Below, in pieces: positions 10,247 through 22,749 of a stretch of 64,000 bases of DNA (within the stretch, counting starts at the first letter, position 1; each line of letters opens with the position of its first letter). The translations under genes and the position numbers were made by a program. Under the pieces are notes generated by a model. The model saw only the letters and a program-made list of their open reading frames with translations, was not told the DNA's origin and did not search any database. Location: NCBI GenBank assembly GCA_950097015.1, contig CATNEN010000024.1, forward strand, positions 930,001 to 994,000, read 5' to 3'. The stretch is from Macrostomum hystrix. Taxonomy: Eukaryota > Animalia > Platyhelminthes.

Positions 10247-13200
10247 ATGACTGCGAGCCGTAGCCGACGCTGTCGACAATGGTCATCCTCGTCGCAGCCG
10301 CCTCCAGCCTGCCTGTTATTGGCAGCTACTGTCCTGGCTGGCGCCGCATTCCACTGCGCCTCCGGGCGCGCCTTCGGCCCGTTGCCAGCTACGGAGACGC
10401 TGACGGATCACGACCGGCTGAACTATGCGCCGCTGGACCGCGAGCCGCCGCGTCGAACTAGGCGCAGCGTCGGCTATCTGGTTGATAACCGGCTGAGACT
10501 GGCGTTCACTGCTCACGGCCGCCAATTCGTGCTCCGCCTTGAGCACAATGATCGCCTAACTGAGCCTGGGGCAACTTTTCAACTTGGCTCCGGCACTCCA
10601 GAGCCGTTGGAATTTCCCGAAGCTGTCGTTGGCGAATTGGAAGACGATCCGGGTAGTCGCCTATTCGGCAGCCTAATTGACGGCGTGTTTAGCGGCGCCG
10701 TCTTCACCTCGGACGGCTCCGGCTGGTACGTGGAACCAGCGTCGCGCTATTTAACGCCAGAGACCGGAGCTGGAGGCGATTTAGGCTTTCACTCGATTAT
10801 TTACAACGATTCGCACGTTGTCTGGCCTACGCGGCATAAAAGGTAATGCTTTTGCTGTCATTATTTTTTGTTATTGATTGCAGAATCTGTGTAAACATGG
10901 ATTTGGAAACTATTTGAATCCGAATTTGTTATAATACTTTGGTTCCTCATCACGGGGTGGTCCTTTTTTGTTTGAGGAGTTCCACAGTCTAGTTCTAGGA
11001 TGGTGCTCGAAGTTTCTAGGAAGGTCCTTGTGAATTCTAGGGTGGTCTTATTTAAATTCTAGGAAGGTCCTTGTGGATTCTAGGGTGGTCCTTACTCAAA
11101 TTCTAGGAAGCTCCTTTTTCAAATTCTAGGAAGGTCCTTGTGGATTCTAGGGTGGTCCTTATTCAAATTCTAGGAAGGTCCTTGTGGAGTCTAGGGTGGT
11201 CCTTACTCAAATTCTAGGAAGTTCCTTGTGGATTCTAGGGTGGTCCTTATTCAAATTCTAGGAAGGTCCTTGTGGAGTCTAGGGTGGTCCTTACTCAAAT
11301 TCTAGGAAGCCCCTTTTTCAAATTCTAGGAAGCTCCTTTTTCAAATTCTAGGAAGGTCCTTGTGGATTCTAGGGTGGTCCTTATTCAAATTCTAGGAAGG
11401 TCCTTGTGGAGTCTAGGGTGGTCCTTTTTCAAATTCTAGGAAGGTCTTTGAAGGTTCTAGGGTGACCCTAGCTTGTTTAAGTTTTAGGGAGGTCCTTACT
11501 CAAGTTTTAGGGTGGTCCTTATTCAAGTTCTATGATGGTCCTTGTATATTCTTGGGTGGTCCTTGAGGGTTCTAGGGTGGTATTTAGTCAAGCTGTATGA
11601 TAATTTTCTCTGTGCATCATCCACGGCATATCCAGGTACGTGCTGCAGCATTCGCATCCGCCGATTCACCCGAATCCGGCGCCGCCATTCACCGACAATC
11701 CGCCCGCTAATGATCAGTTGCCTAGCGATGGAAATAAAATAGACGACGCCAAGGTGTGCTCGCTCTATTTACAATCGGACGCCGCGCTTTGGGAGGCCAC
11801 CCTGCGGCTGCCCTCAGTGAACGGCAACGAGCAGCGGGCGCGCACGGAGATTCGGGCGCTGTTTCAGCACCACGTCAGCGCCGCTACGCAGATCTACTCG
11901 GCCACCAAGTTTGTCACCAGGGATGGCAAGTTCGAGCAGCGCGGAGTGCAATTTCGGGTCAACAGGATTAGAATCAACACTACGGCCGACTGCGGGCCGG
12001 ACAAAAGCAACCCATTCTGCGCCGAAGGCATCGATGTGACCAGCTTCTTAAACCTGCACGCCTACAGCAACCACTCGGAGCATTGTCTGGCCTATCTGTT
12101 TACTTATCGAGACTTCAGCGGCGGCACCCTGGGGCTAGCCTGGGTTGGCACCAAAGACCAGAACGGCGGCATCTGCGAGAAATACCGGGAGTATGAGTGA
12201 GTGAAAATTCTGGTCTTTTGGTATCAAGGATAAGATTAACATATATGGCTTAGATTTTGTAGATTTTAGTTCTTTAAAAAACCGGATGTGGATGCATGAT
12301 AATAGTACATTTTGGTTTCTCAGAAGAACCGGAAGTGAATACATGATAATATTATATTTTGGTTTCTAAGAAGAACCGGAATTGGATACATGATAATAAT
12401 ACATTTCGGTTTCTCAGAAGAATCCGGAAGTGAATACATAATAATATTACATTTTGGTTTCTCAGAAGAACCGGAAGTGAATACATGATAATATTACACT
12501 TTAGTTTCAAAGAAGAACCGGAAGTGGATACATGATAATATTACATTTTGGTTTCAAAGAAGAAGCAGAAGTGGATACATGATAATATTACATTTTGGTT
12601 TCAAAGAAGAACCGGAAGTGGATACATGATAATATTACATTTTGGTTTCAAAGAAGAACCGGAAGTGAATACATGATAATATTACATTTTGGTTTCAAAG
12701 AAGAACCGGAAGTGAATACATGATAATGTAATATTCACTTTGGTTTCAAATAAGAACCGAAAGTGGATACATGATAATATTACATTTTGGTTTCAAAGAA
12801 GAACCGGAAGTGGATACATGATAATATTACATTTTGGTTTCAAAGAAGAACCGGAAGTGGATACATGATAATATTACATTTTGGTTTCAAAGAAGAACCG
12901 GAAGTGGATACATGATAATATTACATTTTGGTTTCAAAGAAGAACCGGAAGTGGATACATGATAATATTACATTTTGGTTTCAAAGAAGAACCGGAAGTG
13001 GATACATGATAATATTACATTTTGGTTTCAAAGAAGAAGCAGAAGTGGATACATGATAATATTACATTTTGGTTTCTAAGAAGAACCGGAAGTGAATACA
13101 GAAATAAAAATCTTATATTTTGGAGTTAATAATACTGCCCGAAAATATTATATAATGTGTACTATATTGTATAATGTGTATATTATACACATACTCTATC

Positions 13201-16200
13201 TGGCTCTTTAATGTAGGCTTGTGCAAGTACTATTACTATTTTAATACTATTAAATCTCCTTTCGATGTACTGTATTTACAATGACCTGCAGCTATTTGGC
13301 ATTTTACTATATATAACGGCATAGCTGTTCGGTTCTGTTTGTTTATGCGCGCACACAGCAGCTATTTAGTGTTCCTCGCTGGCTTGGTAATATTCCAAAT
13401 TCAGTTGCAGGGTGAATGTTTAATGCCACACTTGCCTGTCCCGCGAACTATTCCGTTGATGCTTTTTAAATACTTGCCGCTATAGCCGTTCCAACCCATC
13501 TTAATTTAGAATCCCCCAGCAGGTGACCTTTCGCATCCTATAGTCATCTGAGGCTAGTGATCTAAAATGCATTGTAAACCTATCTGTGGCTAACTTAAAA
13601 GTCTTTGCCTGGTTTGAATGCTATGGATTGCATTTTATGATTGTATGTACGCTTCAGAAACAGTAGTCAAACATCATCTGTTCCTTCCCGGCTTTGTGCG
13701 CTTAGTTTATATAGTTCTTATCTGTCCTATTTTTAGTCCATATTTTATTATTCCCTCTCTGCCCCATTCTGTCTGTTGCACTCGCTACAAAAAAACGAAA
13801 AAAATTTACGCGTTCCTAAAATAAATAATATTAGTGACCGGCTTATGTAGCAATAATTAACCGTGAAACTTTAACTGGGTTATAGCAAATGTAGCTGAGT
13901 GGCAGTCCATGCACTTACACACTGGGAATAGAACTGACAGTCCATGCACTGACACACTGGGAATAGAACTGACAGTCCATGCACTGACACACTGGGAATA
14001 GAACTGACAGTCCATGCACTGACACTGGGAATAGAACTGACAGTCCATGCACTGACACACTGGGAATAGAACTGACAGTCCATGCACTGCCACACAAGGA
14101 ATAAAAGTACATCTGCAGTGCAAAACTTTAATGAAACATTTAGCGTCCCATACTCTTAGATTGTATCAAATGAGCATTTTATAATTCTCAGACAATGCAT
14201 TTGCAAATAAACTAATTTTCGCTATAATCTATTTGGATTTCGCCATTGCCATATCATCTTTGATCTTCCAATCCAATTCAAACTCCAGCGATCAGATCCC
14301 GGGTCGGCGATCCTGGAAGTCCTTAAACACCGGCATTGTCACCTTGATTAATTACGGGCGTCGCATTGTTGAAAAAGTGTCCTACCTGACATTCGCTCAC
14401 GAGATGGGTCACAATTTCGGCGCTAATCACGATGACGGCCTGACACCGATGCAGCCCGACTGTCAGCCAACTGGCGAGCAGGGAAACTACATCATGTTCT
14501 CCTCCGCAACTACTGGCGACTTGCCTAACAACAACAGGTGCGAATTCAGTTATACTTTCTGGTTCTACTATATCATTTTTCTGATACAAAGGCAGCTAGA
14601 AGCTTCACTTTCTACTGGAAGTAAGCTAAGACAAGATAACACCATGCGATCCCTTACCTACCTGATCGACAATATCCCAAACATGACCCAGAAAATCCCC
14701 AGGTTAGTTCCGTGATCCCTACCTTCATCCGTCACCCAAAAAAATCGCCAAGTTGGTTCCGTGATCCCCACTTTCTCACACATCCTTGAAACCGGCAGGT
14801 TCAGCCCGTGCTCCCGCGACAGCATGGCCTCACTGCTAGACCAGGTGCAGCACGCTCGCAGCGGCAAAGCTAACTGTCTCCGGCGTAGCGCCGAGGCGGC
14901 CGCATTCTGCGGAAACAGCCTCCTGGAGCCTGGCGAAGATTGCGACTGCGGCTACGCCGACGAGTGCCGCGACGCCTGCTGTCATCCGCGCGGCGGCCCG
15001 TCCGACCAGCCGGCCTGCCGGGTGAGGAAGCCGGCCCGCTGCTCGCCATCTGGAAATCTGTGCTGCACGGCCGGCTGCGACTTCACCCCGGCTGGCACAG
15101 TCTGCCGCGCTGAGACCGACTGCGCCATGCCGGCCGTCTGCAACGGCCATGGCAGCTCCTGCCCGGAGGCGCATCAGAAGCCGGATAATTCCACTTGCCG
15201 CGGTGGCACCCGGCTATGCCGGCAGGGTTCCTGCGGCCCCTCTGTCTGCGCCCTGATTGGCTGGCTGGAGTGCCAGAGTCCGCCTTGCTATCTGGGCTGC
15301 CGGCCAACCAATGCTAGCCGCTGCATCAGCACTAGGGACGCTGCGAGGCTTAAAGACATATCTTCACCGGTGTACCGGCTATTGCAAAGAGTCAACGCGA
15401 CCGCATTTGGCCTCAAACTGCAGGTAAGTGGTCTGTTAGGATTAATAATAATAACAATGACTGCAAGGGCCTGTAAAAATTTCCGCATAATTATTCTCTC
15501 TCAAATATTTTCATCCGGATTATGTTAAATTATGCAAAATTTCCTAACACAACAACCGGACGAAACTTCCGGATGAAATGAATTATTCGTTGTCTTTCGT
15601 CGGGTTGTTTTCTGCTTTAGCTGCCCCAGAGTTTTTACCGTTTTTTACCCTGGAGTTTATGCTGAATAAGCAAAAGTGGGCAATATCCAGATCAAAGTGT
15701 TACATTCAGTTACCGGGAAAAGAACTGGAGCAAAAACGGATGAATTTTTTGGGGAGTGATAACACGCTGCTTACAGCTTACATTTATAGTTGTTTATATT
15801 GAAATTTCTAGAATAGTTAACATTCTTGAAAAATGCATTCGCGGAAATTTTAATTTGCCGTATAAGGAAAATTATTTACGAATCAAAAGTTTGCAAAGTT
15901 CTCTACACTATCAAACAGAAATGACCTCACCAATAATGACCTTTATGAATAGAATTCCAAATAGATTCAGCCAATTTTTCTTAGCTTTTCACTTATTGTC
16001 TGGTATTCTAAACCTCTGCTTTTAGCAGGCATCACATGCAAGGAAAAGTTTTTTTCCATTGATTTAATTCCAAACCAAATAATTGCGCAAACTTTCTTAT
16101 GCAAAACGTACCAGAAGAACGTAAAAATTATTGAAATGGCATTCTTATGAAAACAGCAAGACATAATATTGGTATTCATCCTTCGAAGCTCCTCTCGTTG

Positions 16201-17755
16201 CCGAAACACTTCGAAAATCTGCCAACAGTGCTTCGAAATACAGAGATTTATATCCGTCAACTTGCACAGAGACCTCGATTGATCCAGAAAACCTGCAGCA
16301 CCCAGTCCTCCGCCTCTAATGGCACAGAAGAATCTTTTGATAAGAGTCGCATGCTCGAGGACATTGTAAAGTATTACAATAAACAATATTAAACATTTCC
16401 CTGAGGCACAATCACCATCCACAGCCAGCCCTGCACTGTCAGTCCCTATAGAGTTTGCATACTTGAGTTTGGAAGAATTAGCATTGAAGCCAGTTAGGTT
16501 CAAGCCGGTCCAAGCCAGTCCCGTCCAAGCTGGTCCTGCGAGCCCTGATTCCACGGCACAGATCATTTCCGAGCTGATTGACAGCATGCATCTTGGACAG
16601 TCTTCGTTGCAACAGGATCAGTAAACCGTTCACGGCAAGCTCGCATCAAGAATTCGGCATCAGTATAAAGATTCCTGGCAAGATGAATACTGTACTCTGA
16701 TGACTGTAAATTGTTCACACCCAGTTCCACTAGATTACGCCCGGCATAGGCTGCTGGCTGGCTGTTCACTCCAAACTTCCGATTGATCACAATGGCTTTT
16801 CGGAGTTTCCGTAACTCCTGGATAACTTTTTTCTGACCTGCTTGCTGCTTCTTTTGCACAAGTGCGTAACAATGGTGTTTGATTCTGGTTCTCGTCTGCT
16901 TGCCGACAATCACGGTTGACAGCTGTCATCGGACTCGGACCCATTCGCTGCATCCCTGTCACCATCTCCCGAGTTTTTGTCCAAAGTAATTCGACCCCGT
17001 CGCGAATTCGAGCTCAGCAAACTTGGTGCGAGAGTCTGACGCCTCATCAGAACAAAATCATTTGTTTATTAATAATTTGGGGAACCTTTTTCTTGTTTCT
17101 ACTATTTATAGTAGAGTAATAAGGATTTTATAAACTTTTAAAATTCAAAAAGCGCATTCAGAACCAATCTCTCTCTCTATTATTAAACAGGTCGGCTCTC
17201 CGTGCGAAAACTTTAAAGGGTATTGTAACGCGGATCACCAGTGCCGCCTGATCGATACCAAAGGCCCGCTAGGTCGCCTCCAGGATCTATTATTTAGTCC
17301 GGAGTCACTTGAACAGGTGCGCAATTGGATAGTGGCAAATTGGTACTTTGTCATCATCATCTGTCTGGCTGTGTTGATAGCTCTGGGCGCCTCCGTTCGG
17401 CTCTGTTCGGTCAGACGCTCGGCCGCCGCAGCTGCAGCCAGAGATGCCGCAACCGCTGCCGCTGTAGCTGCCGTTGCGGCTGGCGGAGTGGCCAGCGGTT
17501 CCGGCCTGTGTTCAGCATCGATGCAGCTGCCGCCGCCGCCGCCAGTCTACTGCGTTAGGGGGGACACCACAGATCCAGGTGGCATGGCCTACTGCCGGTG
17601 AGTGCTCGTGGCCTCCGGGCAGTTCACCATTAGAGCCATTTAGGACCAGAGTATCATTCTCATTTTCTCATCGACCAATAGACCGTTGGCAAGCTCTCTT
17701 AGTCTTGCCCTCCGTTTTTCTTATTCACAGAGACCTGCACCTGACATTTGCGCAT

Positions 17756-17786
<31 letters not shown>

Positions 17787-17875
17787 TGCCATCAGCCGGT
17801 CACGGCAAAGGCAGGCGCATCGGGCATCGCAGAGCTATAGAGACCCAGGCTGCCAAGTACACCGCATATCACTAG
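10247..17875 (+). CDS. ADAM10: ADAM10/kuzbanian-like disintegrin metalloprotease, 6 exons, 860 aa
   Basis: join(10247-10842,11636-12196,14289-14537,14799-15423,17191-17597,17731-17875) = 2583 nt, all GT-AG and in phase. Signal peptide, prodomain, CLAYLFTYRDFSGGTLGLAWVG, KSLNTGIV, zinc motif HEMGHNFGANHD, Met-turn YIMFS, disintegrin CGNSLLEPGEDCDCG, GSPCENFKGYC...GPLGRL, transmembrane helix. Confidence 0.92.
10993..11580. repeat. Intronic minisatellite, 21+23-bp dimer (TTCTAGGAAGGTCCTTGTGGA / TTCTAGGGTGGTCCTTATTCAAA)
   Basis: Direct tandem copies in ADAM10 intron 1. Confidence 0.9.
12300..13100. repeat. Intronic minisatellite, 47-bp unit (GAAGAACCGGAAGTGGATACATGATAATATTACATTTTGGTTTCAAA), ~17 copies
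   Basis: Period 47 (12781 vs 12828); ADAM10 intron 2. Confidence 0.92.
13903..14090. repeat. Intronic minisatellite, 35-bp unit, ~5 copies
   Basis: CAGTCCATGCACTGACACACTGGGAATAGAACTGA; period 35 (13921 vs 13956). Confidence 0.9.
16480..16913 (-). pseudogene. Frameshifted ORF remnant nested antisense in ADAM10 intron 4, possibly BEN-domain-like
   Basis: ORF 16913-16563 (...SSEYSIHLARNLYTDAEFLMRACRERFTDPVATKTVQD). Removing one copy of a 4-bp ATGC duplication near 16585-16592 extends it as AVNQLGNDLCRGIRARR. The domain call is from remembered motif shape only. Confidence 0.35.
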
Positions 17876-18755
17876 GAGGGCGGAGGCACTCCAACCTTCT
17901 AGCCAATGATGATCTCTTTTGTTACAAATAGAATTTCTGTATTTCCTTCCGCCGCCTCCCCTTGTCTGATTGACTTTCAACTTTATTTCTTTTTTTAATT
18001 TATTTTTTGGGGTTCTCAAGTCAGTTGCTGCCTTTCCTAAATTTACAAGCAAACCCAATTGAGAGTAGGACTATTACATCATAGGATTTTTGCGCAATGC
18101 GTGGTTTAAGTGCAGCAGCAATTTCATTCTCAGGCCATTATTTCCTTGTGTGTTTTTTGTTTGAAAGAAAGTTTTTTCCGCGCATCAAACATGTATAAAA
18201 ATGCTATGTAAGCAGCAATTACGAGTATTTGATTGTTTCATTTCCGTTTGCTTTGTAAGCTAACATATAAGCTTCTTCTGTACACAAAACATTGCCAATC
18301 GATTGCCGGCACCGACCTCAATTTAAAGTGCAGATTCTCCAAGCTGCTACACGCTGATTGGCTTGCAGAATTTTGACCAATCAGACGCTACAACTGGGTG
18401 TTCTTTAAATGGTTCTAATCTTTAACAAGTCTTTTTCAACCACGCACTCTTCTCTTGCGACTCAATTGAAATTTTTGCTATTTCCAACTAAACTATCAGA
18501 TCTCACTGTTGCGCCTCTCTGACTGTGTGCTTCTGTCTTGTTTATATTATTCTGTTTTCAGCATCTTCTAGTAGACACTGACGTGTTTTTTTCCTTTGCA
18601 ATATACTCGTATATAACAGTCGCCTCATTTGCTAGTTAATAACAAAATACCCTTTGTCTTTGCCAATGTAATCAAGACCCATACTTATCCATGCGCCAGA
18701 CCGCTTCAGGCTCGGTTGGCGCGATTCTACTCGTTTGTTCGCCGGTCTATGTAAT

Positions 18756-20008
18756 GAGTCCAGTTACCAGACTCTGGGTTAAGCAATGACTCCAGTTACC
18801 AGACTCTGGGTTAAGCAATGACTCCAGTTACCAGACTCTGGGTTAAGCAATGACTCCAGTTAACCAGACTCTGGGTTAAGCAATGACTCCAGTTACCAGA
18901 CTCTGGGTTAAGCAATGACTCCAGTTACCAGACTCTGGGTTAAGCGATGACTCCAGTTACCAGACTCTGGGTTAAGCAATGACTCCAGTTACCAGACTCT
19001 GGGTTAAGCAATGACTCCAGTTACCAGACTCTGGGTTAAGCAATGACTCCAGTTACCAGACTCTGGGTTAAGCGATGCCTCCAGTTACCAGACTCTGGGT
19101 TAAGCAATGACTCCAGTTACCAGACTCTGGGTTAAGCAATGACTCCAGTTACCAGACTCTGGGTTAAGCAATGACTCCAGTTACCAGACTCTGGGTTAAG
19201 CGATGCCTCCAGTTACCAGACTCTGGGTTAAGCGATGACTCCAGTTACCAGACTCTGGGTTAAGCAATGACTCCAGTTGCCAGACTCTGGGTAAAGCAAT
19301 GACTCCAGTTACCAGACTCTGGGTTAAGCAATGACTCCAGTTACCAGACTCTGGATTAAGCGATGACTCCAGTTACCAGACTCTGGGTTAAGCAATGACT
19401 CCAGTTACCAGACTCTGGGTTAAGCGATGCCTCCAGTTACCAGACTCTGGGTTAAGCGATGACTCCAGTTACCAGACTCTGGGTTAAGCGATGACTCCAG
19501 TTACCAGACTCTGGGTTAAGCAATGACTCCAGTTACCAGACTCTGGGTTAAGCGATGCCTCCAGTTACCAGACTCTGGGTTAAGCGATGCCTCCAGTTAC
19601 CAGACTCTGGGTTAAGAAATGACTCCAGTTACCAGTAATTGTAATTATTTGATTACACCTGCCCCAATTGGGTCAGATGTGCAGCCGACAGCACAGCCGC
19701 AGCTATTGCGCGGCGCATCTGAAGGCTGCGTACAGCTGTTCAGTCCATGGACTGGGGGGACGCCACACCCACCTTCAATTATCCCAGCTCATGCTGGTAC
19801 CCATTTAACAGCTGGGTGAACTGAAGCAATGCAGAGTTAAGTGTCTTGCTAAAGGACACAAATTGTTTCAGTTGAGTCGGGAATCGAACCCCCGACCTTC
19901 AAGTCGTTAGTCCGTGTTCTTGAGTCTGGGCTAGGCTACAACCTCCAGTTACCAGACTCTGGGTTAAGCGATGCCTCCAGTTAACCAGACTCTGGGTTAA
20001 GCGATGAC
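18756..20008. repeat. Minisatellite, 32-bp unit (ATGACTCCAGTTACCAGACTCTGGGTTAAGCA), ~29 copies, interrupted by a SINE
   Basis: Period 32 (18786 vs 18818); no spacers between units. Confidence 0.93.
19636..19945 (-). mobile_element. tRNA-derived SINE, family A (CORE-like domain), with 10-bp TSD CAGTTACCAG
   Basis: Reverse complement of the 24037 copy; TSD at 19626-19635 and 19946-19955. Confidence 0.85.
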
Positions 20009-21589
20009 TTAACTTTAAAATAGCCTTATGTATAATATTGACCAGGCATAGGCATAGTAGTTAGTAATTAATTTTTTTAACTTGAATAGGCCGATTTTAA
20101 CCATTTCGTTTAAATTTCCTGCTTTGACTTAGCTGGTCCCATGGCACAGAGTAGTTCTCCAGTCCTTTGTCTCCACCGCTTTAGCAATGCTTCAGCGCGC
20201 GAACAAGCGTTTGGTTTGCAATTTAACAATATTTTTTAGCACATATTGTGTTTCTTTTTATTACCTTTTTTATCTGCTTGCAAAATGTGCTCGCTTTAAA
20301 AATCGATCAAGTTAAAAGGACAAGTTGTTTTGTCGGTGTGCAATGCGTTTTCATTTATATTTCTGTTAGATTTTTCTTTCTTTTTAAACACCCTTAGGAC
20401 TTAAGCATTGCGTCCGTCATGTAAGGATCTATCATGCAATGTAAATTCACTTATCCTTTTTTCTACAACTAGTAATTTCACATTTCACTGTCTATTTATT
20501 TACTTAAATATTTTTTGTTCTTATTTTATACACTATCAAGACATTGCTCCGTGCTACACAATGTAACTCTTTTGCATTGGCTATTTGTAAATATAGTTAA
20601 ACAGTAAGGCTCTCGCTGTATGCAATATCACTTAGTCTACTTTTATAGGAATACTGTTTACAGTAGTATAGTTGCACTGCCGTCACTATGTATGACCATG
20701 TCTTAACTGTTTTGCTAACCATACTATACACCATTTTTTCATTTTGCCTGCCTGCCTCCTTTGTCTGTTTTGAATCTAATTATACGATTTAGCAAGACTG
20801 CGTTAGCCATCTAATTTTATCTAAAATATTGTGCGCGAAAATGCCAAACTAACTGCTAATGCTGAAACTGCCTGGCTTGCCTCTTTTATTTGATCACTCT
20901 ATGACCTTGGGAATGTGACCTTGACTCGTCACTCATGCCGCACGTGCAAGTTTCAAATTTTTATAATCGCTCAGATAACTTTTGGTGACAATTAACAGTA
21001 GGACTACCAAGCCATTTTGCTGCCAGTTTTTACACCAAGGAGTCTCTCTCCCTTAATTTTTTGGCAGCGCTGATGACTGATTGGTTGACAGACTAGGCGA
21101 GGGTGTTCTGTGGTTGAGCTGCGCCTAATACCCGTAGTTAGGCTTGATCAGTGAAATCGGAGAATTTCGCGTCAGGGTGTCCATAATGGCCTAGTTCCAC
21201 CTGTTGTAAGCCTTGAAGGTCCAGCAAATCCGTCTAAATAAAGGCAGTTGACCAACGAAGACGGAGATGATGCAGGCACATTCGGGTGACATGCTGATAA
21301 ATTTTGAAGGCCTGGCAAGGCCGCACTGAGGCGCAGTGCTAATTTGTGTATGAAAAAGAATGTATGAAATACACTAGCGCTTAAGGGAAAAATCTGACCT
21401 ACGGCCAGAACCATTGAATATCTCGATGGTCTGAAAAGCTGGCGACTTGATTATTGTGTCAGAAGATACGCAACAAAAAGTTGGCCCGTGTCCTTGAGTT
21501 TCGTGTGCTTGCGTTGTTCCGTTCGGGTGCAGCAAAAAAATTGTCAGGGGCGATTTCCCCCTTTGTAGTTCTACTGTTAAAGAAGAAAA

Positions 21590-22743
21590 TTAAGGAAGCA
21601 GTTTAGTGCGATGTCTACCATCGAATTTTATATTTTTGCGTGACTCAGACCGTGTCTCAAAAAGATAGGCATTGTCTCTCGTACACAAACACGCATGACA
21701 TAGGACACTTGAAGATAGTCTAGAGCTCGTATTGCTTGAAGCGGCTTTGAATCGATGAGTCCAATCGGGCGATGTCACCTGAAGGAAATTAAAAAATTCG
21801 AATCAATGTAAGGTATTAATCCTTGTATCTTTTTCTGCTCAGTTAAAGAAGATTTAGGAACTGCAGGGTGTGACATTATATTTAATGCTTAAATGGATTA
21901 GATTTCATATATAGAGTATCTATCCATGGCAGTATAGAATTTCTCTGAAGCCCACAAGCCTTCTCTCTGCGGCTGCGCCCCAAATGATTTGGCCTCGCTG
22001 CGGAATCGAGCTCGGGGACCTTGGTGCGAGAGGCGAGCGCGTTAAAAAGCTCTGCCACTGACTCCCTTAACTCACGGTTACTTTTTTATTGTTCGGCAAG
22101 CGATGATCAAGGTTAAAGATTTCACGACGGTCGGGTCCATTGTGAGCGTTGTTCCGGGAGTCAAAGACATGACTTGAATGACTTCGTCACTCTTGCTGTA
22201 CCTCTCGCAGCGGACCCTCCTGCAAGCATGCGGTTCAATTATTAGTGCACTTTTTATACAATTTTGTGTCACAGTCGGAAGGAAGGATTCGGGGGTAGAT
22301 AACGGACGGGATTCAAAAAGGTCAAGCGACAAGATAGAGAGACCTATAGCTATCGGGAGAAGTATACGACCCGAATCGACGCGAATTTATCGCATCTGAA
22401 GCAGGACATGAGATAGCAAATACTCTAAAGTTACATTTAGGATCATCTATTCGTGACTGAAGCGCAGCCTAACTTACGAATCCCTGGAGATGCATTCCAC
22501 ATCTTTGACTAGGACCTGCGGCCAGCGATACGGATTCCACGAGTACTGCCTCCGGGCAATGCAGGCGCCGGTCTGCCGATGGTCCAACATTTTCGTAAAG
22601 CCAGTGGCGGTGAAATAGTCAGAAAAGTGAGCCGACATTGGTCTTAGAGGCTGTTGGCAGGCCAATGAAGCCCCGAGGATTGATGCGACCACCGTCAGTA
22701 GAGTGATGCTCTGGCAGATACCGGCGGCCATCGTGCACTTCAT
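21590..22743 (-). CDS. Putative small secreted Cys-rich protein, cystine-knot (IL-17/trunk-like) candidate; middle exon(s) unresolved
   Basis: Exon 1 22743-22478 has a signal peptide (MAAGICQSITLLTVVASILGASLA) and ends at a GTAAGT donor. Acceptors at 22396 and 22220, GTGAGT donor at 22075, terminal exon from 21778 (acceptor TTTCCTTCAG) containing HACLC. I could not join all strong sites in phase. Confidence 0.55.
21952..22066 (-). mobile_element. SINE family B, 5' fragment
   Basis: Reverse complement of GGGAGTCAGTGGCAGAGC...CACCAAGGTCCCCGAGCTCGATTCC...GGGGCGCAGCCGCAGAGAGAAGGCTTG. Confidence 0.75.
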
Positions 22744-22749
22744 TTTCGA

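Noticed and set aside
18756-19635. 32-bp repeat with an internal palindrome (CCAGACTCTGG), superficially CRISPR-like
   Set aside because: Units are head-to-tail with no unique spacers, there are no cas genes, and the context is eukaryotic.
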